NCBI GenBank assembly: GCA_965287045.1
Contig: OZ336882.1
Location: forward strand, 40,300,001 to 40,364,000
DNA length: 64,000 nucleotides
Reading direction: 5' to 3'
From: Carcharhinus amblyrhynchos
Lineage: Eukaryota
Below the pieces are notes generated by a model that saw only the letters and a list, made by a program, of their open reading frames with translations, was not told the origin of the DNA and did not search any database. The first letter of the stretch is position 1; every line of letters begins with the position of its first letter. Both the position numbers and the translations under genes were made by a program. Below are positions 12,817-25,876 of the stretch, piece after piece.

Positions 12817-15188
12817 CAGTTCAAGTAGTCCATAGGTCTTTATTTACCTTGTTTGTAATGGTTTGATGCAGCTGAGTGGCTTGCTAGGCTATTTCAGCAA
12901 GCATTTCAGAGTCAACCATGCCATGTGCCTGCAGACTGGGTAAGGTCCCAAAAGGACTTTTGGTTTTTAAAAAAACAACGGATTAATTTCATGGTCATCA
13001 TTACTGATTAATTTATTCATTCAGATTAATTTAATTAATTGGATTCTGCAGGATTTAAAGCCAAGTGGAAATTGAACTCTTGTTTCTGTAGAACTAATCT
13101 CATCCAATACTTTGTCAGTGTTCCCAATAAATATTACTTTGCGCAAGTACAGATGCTTTCTGTCAATAGTGCACTTTTAGTAGATACAGTCAATAAAATA
13201 TTTTGTCTTTGAATTCTGACATTCCTTACATTTGTTGAAAAAGCTCAAAATCCCATTTAGTTAATTAAAAACAATTTCGCTGAATTTTATGGGTACTGCA
13301 TGCAGCCCAGCCCTTCCTCAGCTGAAGTATCAGAGCTGGGAAGCCCACTCACAATCCTGACAGTTGCCCCAGCAGCAATCTAACCCTGAGAACTGTCTCA
13401 GTTGAATGGACAAAAACGCTGCACTCCAAGCAGCTGGGAGTGCTGGCCACTGCTGGGGCTGCTGGCAGTCCCACTGCATAAAGAAGCCTCAGCAAGTCTG
13501 TGTTCAAGAGGTCAGTGGGAGAGATTTAAGAGGGCCAGGGATGGTTTTGGGGGGTGGGGGGGGATGCTTTGATGTCAGCCTTTTTAATTGTTCATGACTT
13601 TACCCTTGAAGTAACCAGACTAAGTCACAAAATTCTCTTACACAGCTGTCTTAATGCAAGCTGTAACAAGGACACTGGAAAGCTACAGCTCACATTTCTG
13701 TAGCTAGCTAGAGTGGTGTATTCCAAGATATATAATCAATTATAGTTTTCACATTCAACTACAACTAATTAACATATACTAATCACAATCACTTTACGCT
13801 TGCTTCATTATAATATCCAATCAGTCTGAGGACTTAATACATCATTGCTACAATCTGTCATAGTCTAGCCCATTCCAGTGTCTGTGGATCACTCCCTTTC
13901 TAGTTACAGATGTCTGATTTAATGAGCTTTGCGCAGACAAATGGCCTTGGTGCCTATCTGTGAAGGCTGCTCTAAGAAGACCTTAGTTTTTCAACTTAGG
14001 TGGTTATTAACTCTTTTTCGGGTGGGTGGTGATGACTCCAGTTGGTCTGGGGGACCCACAAAGGAGGAACCACCTTATGTTCTTATGAACCACCCTCTAT
14101 CCTTTCCCTGCAGCCGATATGGCTGAAGCTTTTGGGCTTCCCTCTTTGTGTGGGCCTGCCTCCATTGCAAGTGACGCAGTAGCGGCTGGGAAATGAGGGC
14201 ACTTTAGTGACCATTAATTGGCCATGTAAGTGCTTACGTAGCCCCAACATCACCCTTCCCCATCCATAAAATCTTGGACAGACTGGGAGTGATCAGGTAG
14301 GTGGTGGGAAAGCCACTTTCTGGATTTTAAATTCGCCCCACCAGCAAGGGAACATAAAATCCAATTTGGTAAAAATGTATTCCTAGAGTGCTGGTGTTCT
14401 ATCATAACGCTGGGTGCAGTCTTAGCAGAATTTGGCCATGTTGGTTCTGGCAAGAAAGATGTGTTTCCAGAGAATCCAGTCAGTTTTCTCTCCAGATCGT
14501 GCCACACACTGAACCAAAAAGAAAACTGTTGGATGACTTTTGCACCAACATGCAGGGAGGTGGGGCCTAAACACACTGGCAAAGCCCCACTGCTCTGAAA
14601 CCAAGGAGCCATGTTTAAAGAACAACCCAATAAGAACATGAATGATCCTCTTCCTTAGCTCACCGTGGAAGTCCCAGGAACTCCCCTACCACCCTGATTG
14701 GAGCTGGCACCTCCTTTCCCCCACCCTGATCAGAGTCAGCACTGTGTTTTCCCCCCCACCCCCAATATGAGATGGCAGCTGCCCCCCAACACATGCAGTT
14801 GATGCCAGAACACGCCCAACCTGGCAGTGGCAACCTGTACTAGGAGACATTGTCAGGCCACAGCCTGGTTATGCCCCTCTACCCTGGGGGCTATACTCCC
14901 TTTTTATGCCTCCTACAGCGATCCTCAAGAAAGATTAACATTGGGGTGAAGCTGTTGTAAACAGCGTTGACATGTGAGTATATGGCAGGGACTCAATATA
15001 CTGTGAAAGGGGTGTGTTAATAACATGAGAATGAATTTAAATATATCTAAACTTGGTCCATGTCCATTGTGTGCATGAACCTGATTACGTCGCCAGCGAC
15101 AGGCAGCAAAAATCGGAAGATGCAACCTTGCCGAAATCCATGACATCCAGGTTTTGTCGCATCGTGAGCCCCCACTGGCAATCTTGCC

Positions 15189-15425
15189 AGTGATGTAGCG
15201 ATGCCGACGTTGGACTGGGGTAAACACAGTAAGAAGTCTCACAACACCAGGTTTAAGTCCAACCAGACCACTTGATAGTAATCCCACAAGCTTTCAGAAA
15301 TGGTGTTCCTTCGTCAGGTGTGAACCTTCCACACACCTGACGAAGGAACACCGTTCCCAAAAGCTTGTGGGATTACTATCAAATAAACTGGTTGGACTTA
15401 AACCTGGTATTTTGAGACTTCTTAC
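15189..15425. mobile_element. Penelope-derived hairpin mini-element, 94-bp arms
   Basis: Inverted arms 15229-15322/15332-15425; same leader as 12656 copy; TSD caatcttgcc 15179-15188 and 15425-15434. Confidence 0.8.
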
Positions 15426-16274
15426 AATCTTGCCGATGGTCAGAGTGGGCTAAGATCCCGCCCACTGAGTCTATTGGGCTAGATCATGGGCATTGTGATA
15501 GGAAAACATACCGGCCGTTAAGTCTGCCATTGTTGAAACTTTGACAAACGAAATATGGAAACGTATTCGCAGCTTATTTGCTGATGTTGCAGCAGTGTTT
15601 CTATAATTTGTGAAACTGCAATTAAACATGAATAAATAATTTTACTCGAGGTGCAATGCATGTGATAGTCGCTGAAGTTAAGCATTTAAATCTCTCCCTT
15701 AATTCTTGGTAATACTGAAGCAAGTTGTATGAACCAGGGTTTTTTGAATTATCCGAAACAGTTGTGAGGTAATGTCTGAAAATAATCATCCATTTCAAGA
15801 GGAAATGGGGTGAGTGATGAAATCCAGATTAAAAATTGATGATCACCCTTATAACCAGAACCTTGTGCATGCATTCACAGACTATTACAACAGATGACAG
15901 GTACCTGTGGCAATTTTACTTTGTGATGCAGGCTAACCTAATTGTGGTTTACAGTTCCTGTCAGTAGGATTTGGCATGTCCCCCACAAGTACATATGTTT
16001 CTGCACAGTCTGCCCATGTGGATTGAATTTAACAACGGCAAAGTCTGTAGCATTTACATGTCAGTATCTTTTTGTCTTTATTGGGGGTAGACTTAAAGTG
16101 AATAATGCTATTGAAATGAGTTGTAATACAATTTATCCACTTAACTCTTACGCATGGACATCTGCATGTATCGTATTATTTGTCTTTTTTGTTCTTCCTT
16201 CAGTGAGATCAACTACCATGGCACAGTATAGGGGATTGCATAACGCACCTTCCTTGATGATTTGGCTCAACTAA

Positions 16275-16800
16275 AGAAAATGAATTACATTTACATAGTG
16301 ACTTTTACATCCTTTGGGCATCCCAAAGTTTTTTTTACAATCAATTAGGTATTTTTGAATGATAGTCATTGTTGTAGAGAAACAGCAATGAAATAATGAA
16401 TAGGTAATGTGTTTTTATTGATGTTGTTTGAAAGCTGAATATTGGCCAGGACACTGGAAGAACTTTTCTATTCTGCTTTATTTTGAGTTGTGCGAGAGGT
16501 TTTTTTTTTGCACCCACTAGAGAGGGTAGTGGGGGCTGCGAGGTTTTATCTGAAAATTGGCAATTCCAACAGAACTGCACTCCTCAGCATTATATGTTCA
16601 AACATAAGAAATAGGAGCAGGGGTAAGGCCTGGTAAGCCTCCCCCATCATGCAGTAAGATTTCAGCTGATGAAATCTACTTTTCCCACCCTTTCCCATAT
16701 CCCTAAATTCAGTCCAAAAATCTGTTGGCTTCAGATCTGAGAGTGGGACTCAAAGTCACAATGCTCTGATTCTAAGGTGAGACTATTTGTACTGAGCATC
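16275..16800 (-). mobile_element. DeuSINE (SacSINE1-like), decayed, with nested CR1 3' fragment (~16600-16735)
   Basis: Reverse-complement similarity to 62268-62680. Confidence 0.55.
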
Positions 16801-19800
16801 AGAGGAGATGGAACATTTTGTCTTGCTCATGGATTGTGTGGAGGATCTAATACAATTTATTTTTGTCAGTTTTATTGTATTTTGCAATTATACATGTTTT
16901 GAACTAAGCTGGGCTTGCTGATGAGGTGTAGGCTCAGTGGTAGCAAGGCTATCTGTGGCGATGCTTGCATCATGTTCTACCCCTCTTATATTTCCATTCA
17001 TATTTTCTAGTTTATTTATCTGGGTGATCCATGATGGAAGGATTGTTTTGCATGTAAGTGAGCTGGGAATATGACAAAAAGCTGATTGTTGGAGAATATC
17101 CCAACTGTAGGCAATTTGTTAAATCTGTAATTTAAATTGTGGGCATACTTGGAGGAAATAAACATAAGTACATGGAGCCTGATGGAGGAAGCTTAAGGGT
17201 CTGATTTTTGCTTTGATACTTTTTGGAGTTAAAAAGCTCCATTGTGGGCACGATGTGAACTTGAGCTGTCTGCCTTTGGCAGCAGATGTGAACTTGGTAA
17301 AGGAACTGGACCATGCACTTGGAATAGTAGCCTGGAAAATTGTTAATTAAGTCTTAGCAATTAAGTTTTCTGCTAACTCCCTGCAACGAGGCTGCATGCT
17401 ATTTTCTTGGTTAGCACTTCAATTGACAGCCTCTCTTGCCAATGCAGGGCAGCTGAACAGGAGTAAGAAGTGGTTGCTAAGGATTTCATGTCTTATTTAA
17501 AACTTGTTCAACTCCTGTTGGAGTTTTGGACAGTGCTTTTGAGGTGCTCCGAGTCTTTCTGGGAGATTTTTGTCGACTCTTTAACATTCTGTTGACATTA
17601 ATTCTGGAAATTCTCTGAGAACGTCATCCAAAGAGAATTGAGCACTTTGCTACTTGACTTTTATTGAACACCTGTATAGGGTTTGCTAGGAGAAAGGAAG
17701 AGATTGATCATCGACGTTTTGTTAGGGAACCCTTTGGACTGGAGAAAGGAAATGATAGAGGCCAGACGGAGGAGTACAAGTCAACCGCAGCAGAGTGAGG
17801 CAGGGGCATGAGATGAATACTTTTTCTTCTCCTGTGGCACTCCCTCTTGACCCCAATCCATCAGGAATTCTGGTGCTCTGTCCAAGCGCCTGTGCATCCC
17901 CTTTTTCATCTCCAAGCCATCCTGGAACATTCCATTCCATGTCAGTCAGTGCATTGTACATCTTCAGCAGAAGTAGTTACATGGAGGCTGCATGAATTGT
18001 TTCATGAATATAGCTTCTAAATAGCACTCGAGTGTTAAATCTAGAGATTTCTGTTTTAACAACTCCAGACACATTCAAATGGTGATAATCATCAATTAGC
18101 ACCAACAGTGTGTGGTAAAACCAGACTTTGAAACAGGCATGCTTCATTAGCACAGCCACAGCCTAGGGCTGCAAGTCGTATGCTGGGACAGAGGAAGCGG
18201 TGAATGGGCATGCAATGGCTTGTTCTTGTTTGGAAGAGTCAGCATGGAGCTGACTCACTCAACACCAGTGACCCTGCAGCCTAATGGACCTCAGGATGAG
18301 ATAACTCTGGGTCTTCGGTGGAGAAGATTGGAGCAGCTTGGGGAGGGGAGCACGGGTTGTTTGTTTTGGAGAGCAGGTAGGAAGAAAGGGAAGGTATCTG
18401 AGCGGGGCTTTCCTCAATGCACAAGGGTACCCTGTGAAGAGAGTGCTCCCCCCACCCCCACCAACTTCCTACCAATCTTTTCTGCCCATTCCCACCTGGC
18501 TGCCCATGTTATTCATATTGTGTTCTGGGCAGGTTATTATTTGGGGTCAATTAGATTTTGGACAAGCTCAATTGATTCTTGATTATTTATTGAAATATAG
18601 TGGTCAGACTACTGATTCTGTTGTCTGCCCACCATTTTTGTTATGGGGTGAACTCAGTGGGGTGGGGAGAGGAAGTGGATGGGGTGGGCCTCTGTGCTGT
18701 TAGAATCTGTTTTCAATCTTTCATCAAGGTAACCTTCTAAATCAAAAGGGGAACAGTCAGTTTCTGGGGGTCAAAAATTACAGAATTATTTCCTGAAATA
18801 GTGGATTCTGGTGAAACTGATGCATTCTAGGAAAAGCAGAGCACGTTTACATCTATGCAGCATCATTCTCATTTCTTCTTGCCTTCCCCCCTGTCTGTGT
18901 CATTACCTTTTAAAACATTGAATGGCATAACCCAAGAACACTTCCCACATCCCATGTAATGAAAATAGTCCAGCTGACTTGTAACCACAAATTGCTTTGT
19001 GGTCATTTTAGAGGCTGCAAAGATGGGCTGCTTTGTCTTTTGTTGGCAGTCATTTATTGTCGTGTGCGATTGTGCATGAAATAGCTAGCATCTCCCAACC
19101 TGTTCATGCATTCCATTTACCCTGGTCAAATGAAAATAATGCATCAACCTGTTTACAGAAGCATCCACTGTATATTAGGTTGTTTCAAACATTTGAGCTC
19201 ACTTAGTTTTTCAGTCGATTATAGCAAGATTTCCGAAAGCAGTGGTTCTCCTTTTGGCTGCACGTAAAATGTTTTATCTATGTATCCGATTTGCTTTTTG
19301 CTTGATGCTCCTTCCAGGGTACTTTGAACAGCGGCTCATTCACAGGAAGATACAAGTTCTCCTGATTATTGTAGCTACCCTGTTCATGAGATCATGTAAA
19401 TGATCAACATGTGTACCCAAGTGATGGGAATAGTCTTGCTTTTATGGAAGTTGATTTCATATTTCCTAATATCTGTTTGAACAGTACCCCATGAGTTACA
19501 AAAGCATTGCCTTGTGATCTGGCATGGATCCTTGTGTCTTTTGCACATGCATTTCTTTAATACTAAGTGGAAAAACTTGGTTCAAAGCTATGAATTGTCT
19601 ATTATTCGATATCATTGAGGAAAAAAAACATTCAAAGTTATTTGAAATAAAAACACAAAACGCAAGAGATAGTAGCTTGGACTGAATTGACAGAGGTAGC
19701 TGATGAATAGTCATTAACTCGAAGCTATCTGTCTTGTTTCAGGATTGTTCTTGGCATTTTCCACAAGAGTAAGAAAAAGAGTTACTTTAAACGTTGCGTT

Positions 19801-20849
19801 TTAAAGACACTGCCATTGCAACAAGTGTTTTTTTTAAAGATCAGAAATAGTGGGTTGCTCCAATGCTAATGAGCTTGCCTTCAAATTGTTTCCTATTGAC
19901 TGTAAATAATCTATTCGGTGCCTTGTTTCCATAATTCATGAACACCTTTTCACTCATATTGTTGGATAGAATTTTTTTTAACTCTGAGCAATTGAGAATT
20001 AAGCAGGTTTGCAACAGAAACAGCAGTGAGCCAGCAAAGGCAGGTTAAAAAGTGCAGCATATGGAGGAGTTAATCTGTGTTCACATCAAGCAAGATGGCA
20101 CAGGAAAGCATTCACATTATTTTCATACTGTTAATAATGACAATTTGTCAACAAACAAAATGATCCCAATCATACCTTTTGTACATTCATCTAGCTGTAA
20201 AGTTAAATCCTGCCTCACCTTCTTGTTAACTCACTCCACTGTTAGAAAGATTGAAGGTTGTCAGTCAGCTTACCAGTCTAGGTTAAAGGGAGTGTTTATT
20301 GTTGCCCTTTAAGCCCTGTTATCGTACAATTGATAATGCAGACCAGATTTTATATGATGTGCTCAGATAACGTGCAGGACAAACCTAAGAAGGTATCAAT
20401 ATCAAACCTGAATTTGTAACTTGTAACAGGACCTCCATTAATTCCTTAGCTAACTGCTAACTCAAATCCCTTCTTTGACTTGCGGAAATCGCCTGACTAG
20501 GTCCTTTTATGTGAAATAAAACTGGTTGTTAAATCTTGAGCCATGACTGTCGTCCTCAATCTGCTTAGAAAAGACAAATTAATATTTACAACACTTTAGT
20601 GAGAGCCTGAAATGTGCCTTCTGGTTATCTATTGTCCTTTTATTGAAATAATTTACATTGGGAGTGACGTAAACTGTCCAGAGTGCATGCTGTCTATTCA
20701 AAAATAAATTGGTAGTCGCTGTCATAATATATAATTCAACATTGAGCTGATTATGAATTAAAATTGCAAAGAAATAAAGACATCAGAAATCAGCATTGCA
20801 CTGCCCAATATCTGAAATGTTGTCATTTTACAGAATTTTAAAAATTAAT

Positions 20850-21660
20850 TGGTTCACAAGCTGTGGCGTCACTGGCAAGGCCAGCATCTATTGCTCATCA
20901 CTCATTTCCCTGAGAAAGTAGAAGTGAGCTGCCTTCCTGAACTGCTGCATCCTTGTAGTGATTTTTTTTTTAAATTCAATTGTGGGTCATGGACATTGCT
21001 AGTTTGTCAGCATTTATTGCCCATCCCTAGTTGCCCAGAGGCAACTGAGAGTAAACCACATTGCTGTGGCTCTGGAGTCACGTGTAGGCCAGGTCAGGTT
21101 AGATTGCAGATTTCCTTCCCTAAAGGACATTAGTGAACCAGACAGACTTTTCCATGTGTGTAGGTACACCACAGCACTATTAGGTGGGGAGTTTGAGTTT
21201 TGACCCTGCAACTTTGAAGGAATAGCAATATATTTCCGAGTCAGGTTGGTGTCTGACTTGGAGGAAAACTTGCACGTGGTGATGGCTCTGTATACCTCCT
21301 ATCCTTGTGCTTCCAGGTGTAAGAGGTCACGGATTGGAAGGTGCTGTCACAGTAGTCTTGGCAAGTTGCTGCAGTGCATCTTGCAGACATTTGCGCTGCT
21401 GCCATGATGGAGGGTTGCTAGTTAAACAGGCTGCTTGGTCCTGGGTGGTGCTGAAATTCAAGTGTTGCTGGGGCTACTCATCCAGGCAAGTGGGGAGCGT
21501 TCCATTACACTCCTTGACTTGTGTTCCCTCGTAGATGTTGGGCAGACTTTGGAGAGTCAGAATGTGTATAAATCACTACAGCATTCCCAGCCCCTGACCT
21601 GATGGTGTGGCACGTTATTTTCGTGGCTGGCCCAGTTAAGTTTCTGGTCAATGGTAAGGA
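20850..21660 (-). mobile_element. Decayed LINE 3' portion with nested SINE (~20970-21150)
   Basis: Shares 3' end (gtcactggcaaggccagcatctattgctcatc) with the 3300-3645 SINE family; related pieces at 1-75 and ~59480-59610. Confidence 0.5.
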
Positions 21661-21664
21661 TCTT

Positions 21665-21985
21665 GGGAGGCGTAGTAGTACAGTGGTTAGCTCTGCTGCC
21701 TCACAGGGACTCGGGTTCAATTCCTGCCTTGGATGACCATGTGGAGTTTGCACGTGTGGATTTCCTGCAGGTGCTTTGAATTCCTCCCACAATCCAAAGA
21801 TGTGCAGGAAGGTTGATTGGCCATGTGAAATTGTCCTTTAACGACCCAAGATATATAGGTTAGGGAAGTAGAGAGGTGAATAAATAGAGTATCAGGGCTA
21901 GGGCCTGGGTAAGAAGCTTTGTTGAAGAGTGGTGCAGACTCACAGGGCCAATTGGTCTCCTTTTTGCACTGTAGGGATTCTGTGA
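21665..21985 (+). mobile_element. V-SINE (HE1-like)
   Basis: A-box-like tagtacagtgg, B-box gttcaattcc, tail gcactgtagggattctgtga. Confidence 0.8.
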
Positions 21986-22853
21986 TTTTCAAATGTAATA
22001 GAAACCTCTCCTTTGCTTTGCTAAGGAAATTAGAATGGGCACTCCAGGATGAGGAAAACCAACAGACTGAACATTGCTCAGAAGCCAAATCAAAGCTTTT
22101 TTTTTGAACACTTGGTACAAAAAGTATATTTTTAATCAGTGTTCGCTCTTCCAGACAGAGGGTTTATTGCATCTGCACAGCATGTGAATTGCATTTATTA
22201 TAACATTTGAATTGCCTATCATGTGACTTGATATCCCCCCCCCCCACCCCCGCAAACAACCTTAATATAAATCTCAAACTTTTCCTGTATCTAACATTTC
22301 AAAGAAGGGAGATAATTAACATGTAATTAAAGACTGCACTAATGTGTGTGTCCCAACCTGTATATTTTAATCCAAACAACCAAACATACACCAGTAACTC
22401 TGAATTTAAATTGTGAGCTGGAATGCTTCTACCATTGCTTAAATTGGAGATTTACCCCCCCTCCTCCACCAAACATCAGTCTCATCACCCTAACTGTGTA
22501 AATCAGCTGAAAAGGGACATTTAAGCAGTTCCTTTGGGATTCCAACAAATGTTATAGCAGGAGATTGAACAGCCTCTCTTTGAATTCATAACATAATGTA
22601 GGACAACACTTAATTACCAAGTCAGCTACCATATCTTGTAAATGAGCCAATGTCTAGGACTGCCAAAAGATGGCTTCTTTTCAATAAAAGGGCTGTGAAA
22701 TATTGTAATAACCTCACTATGTATAATTAAATCCTTAAAGCTTGTAGAAACTATTTAATCATTCAAGCACACACACATTGTTTATCCACGATTGGTTTTA
22801 GGAGGCTTTGTTCAGGCTGAACTAAAATACTAAAATTATATGTTTTGCTTCAG

Positions 22854-23005
22854 ATTACACCGGGCGGTAAGGCAGACCTAGCGAATGTTGGACTAGGAGA
22901 TACTGTGCTATCCATCAATGGTGAAAATACTGAAGGAATGACTCATCTGGAAGCACAGAACAAAATCAAATCCTGCTTCGGATCCCTGGCGCTCTCTCTG
23001 GGGAA
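22854..23005 (+). CDS. PDLIM7: PDLIM7 coding exon, C-terminal half of PDZ domain (152 nt, phase 0->2)
   Basis: Acceptor tgttttgcttcag|, donor |gtaagt; translates ITPGGKADLANVGLGDTVLSINGENTEGMTHLEAQNKIKSCFGSLALSLG+aa, typical ALP/Enigma PDZ (THLEAQNKIK). Confidence 0.95.
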
Positions 23006-23699
23006 GTAAGTTTACAGCAGAACATGGGTTGGGGAATGTGGCTTGTAACCTTTATAAATACAGTAGGGTTTATGTAAGAATAGTTGATGTATACCCTGTC
23101 TCTTGAATGTAATCCTGTGGTCTTCCTGCAAACTGAGATAATTGTAATTTGACGTGAAGCATGCCATATGGTATAATATGATGAATGACTTAGCTATGTT
23201 ATATTTATAGTTGTAAACAAATATCATTTGTTCCTCTGCTCAAAATGTGGGGGTTTTATTAGGTAGTTCATTGCATGTACTGGAGCGCTAAGTCCTTTAT
23301 TTTCCACTGAAGTCTGACCAAACAAATAGATTGAAGATTAGGACGAGGTGTGAGGGAGGGGTTCCATTACTTAATGAATATACTTCACAATTTATCTTCA
23401 ATTCAGCATTGCTAAGGCAAACGTTTTGAAGGCCTCAATACTTAAAAATGCTTCTTGCATGTGTTGTGTGACTTTATATTTTTGTAACAATTACTATCTC
23501 AATTTGTGGTTTTGTCTTCCAATAACAAAGTAGCAGGAGTGACAATAGTTGGCAAAAACATTAATGTTGCTTTCTTCCCACAAGATTTCCAGTAACTAAA
23601 TTTGTAACTAAAGTGGTTTTGAAGTTATTTATATTTCTGTTGTGAGCTGAATTATTTTGGGAGTAAGTACAACATAGTTTGTTAGGAAAATGAAAGATA

Positions 23700-24100
23700 T
23701 GAGCTAAATAGTTCATATTTTAATAGGACACATGGCCCAGAGACTTGAGGGTGTACAAACAAATCTTTTGAAGATGGCAGGGCAGGTTGAGAATGCTGTT
23801 TTATTGTTTTTAAGAAATGGGACTATTATTAACTGAGTCACAGAGTACAAACGCAAAGAGGTTATACTGAATGTTAATTTTTCAGCCTCAGCTGGGGGAT
23901 TCTATTTAATGCTGAGAATCACACAATGAGAAATTATCAAGATCTTGGGGAAGATGCAGAAAAAAATTATTAGAATAGTGTCAGTCAGGAGGGAATTCAA
24001 TTATGTGAAAGGACTGAAGGATCTGGAAGGCACTTCCTGAATGAGTGATCGAAGCAGATTAAATAGCACCGTTTGAAAGAGGATCTGATACATAGTTGAA
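23700..24100 (+). mobile_element. Heavily decayed CR1 fragment
   Basis: gagacttgagggtgtac...gagtacaaacgcaaagaggttatactgaa resembles the RDLGV...EYKSKEVML region of CR1 ORF2. Confidence 0.5.
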
Positions 24101-24299
24101 GAGGAGACAGGGGGGTGAGGTGAGGCAAGATGGGGCTGTGCCTCTATATAAAGAGCCTCTTTCTACATAAGCCAGTGCCGGTGGGGTGGCCATTGGAAAT
24201 GTATCTGCGAGTAATGTTCAGCCTGTTGGTTTTTCTCATCCTGGAGTGCCCATAGCCATTTCCCCAGCAAGATGAAGGAGAGGTTTCTGTTACATGCGA

Positions 24300-24494
24300 A
24301 AATCATAAAATCCCTACAGTGCAATAGGAGGTCAATTGACCCATTGAGTCTGCACTGACTCTCCAACAAAGCATCTTATTCATGTCCTATCCCTGTAACC
24401 CCATGAATTCACTCCTCTACTTCCCCTAACCTATACATCTTGGGACATTAAGGGACAATTTAGCGTGGCCAATCAACCTAACCTGCACATCATT
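24300..24494 (-). mobile_element. 5'-truncated V-SINE, part of an inverted duplication with 21796-22082
   Basis: Reverse complement of the 3' half of the 21665 SINE including its flank. Confidence 0.8.
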
Positions 24495-25876
24495 TGAGTC
24501 ACCTCTCATTTACACAAATGTATAAAACACAGCATAGTGACTTTCTGGGGACAGATCGGCTTTTCCACAAAGCACAGACTGAGACTTTGGAATTATCTTT
24601 CTAAAGCTCTCTGCCTCTTTTAAGACAACATATTTAAGCGTTAATAAGGAAAAAAATTAAATATTTGGTCAAAGGAGCCAAAGCAGTGATTAATTTCATG
24701 GTATAAGTGTGCGTGAATGGTTCTTGTTAATAGTAACACTGACTTTTATCTCACCGCATTAGTCACTAGCTTTGCAACATGCACTCAGTTTTTCAAAAAT
24801 AAGAACAAACTACACTGTGCTGCCATGATCAGAGTCAGAGAAAATTTAGTCATGAACATGCAACAATGAGGACAAGTATCCAGATATTGCCCAGGTGTTC
24901 TTTTTTACTAATGTTGGTTTGATTAAACTTTACCTGGACTTTTATCTTGCTGTTATATTTTGTACAACAGAGCATTCACTCGCTTTATGAAAATAATGTA
25001 TAATTAAATGACATGCATCATATTCCAAAGGAATACAGAAAACATTCCCTTGAAGGCTCAAAGCTAAAGATACCACAATGTGCTGAGCCAACCCACGTAG
25101 ACCAGGAAGATTCCACGTTCAAATGCTGACTGGATGACCTTAGCTTGGCAAGAGCAAGTGTGCTATAATTGGCCTCATTACTCCTTGACTTAGTGAAGTG
25201 AAAGAATAAATCATTCTGCACTCAATCACTATTCGGTGACCTTTGCTGCAAAGTGCGTGGTAGAGGATAGGATTGAACTTGGCTGAGAGATTCTTGATGG
25301 CTGAAAACTATGGCACCATTCCCTATCTACACACAAAATCGAAGAGGGCACCATCAACTTCCTGACTGCCACCCCATCCCTCCCTGCTAACAAGCAGACA
25401 GTCTTTCCCTTGCAGTCGTGCTCTTTACATTTACGATCTGATGAGATGGAATAATAATATTGGGGTACTAAAGAACCAATGATATAAAAGGAAAGAGATT
25501 GTGGCTTTTGACAGTTGAAGGGGTACTTTGAAGAATTGAAAGATTGTAATATTAGGAACAACCCAATGAAGGGCATGGAGGTGATCAAGATAATGGTTCC
25601 AAGCACAGCCTGTGTAGTAAATTTGGAAAGACATGTTTAGGATTCAGAACTAAGACCAAATATGTGTTGAGGTAATGTGAATTTCACTGAGTGGGTATAA
25701 CATCAGTGGTTGTGGTTAGCAAATTATAGAATATACTAGCTACATACAAGTCAGAATGGAGAGGGCATATGCACACTAGGGTAATCTAACGTAGTATGGA
25801 ATGGGAAGTAAAATGAGAATAGATTAATTTTGAAGACAAGTAAGAACATCTGCAAAACATTGGGGAGAGACAATAA

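Noticed and set aside
22854-23005. Rolling-circle infinite ORF if the exon circularises
   Set aside because: Second lap reads …cag acc TAG, so translation would stop.
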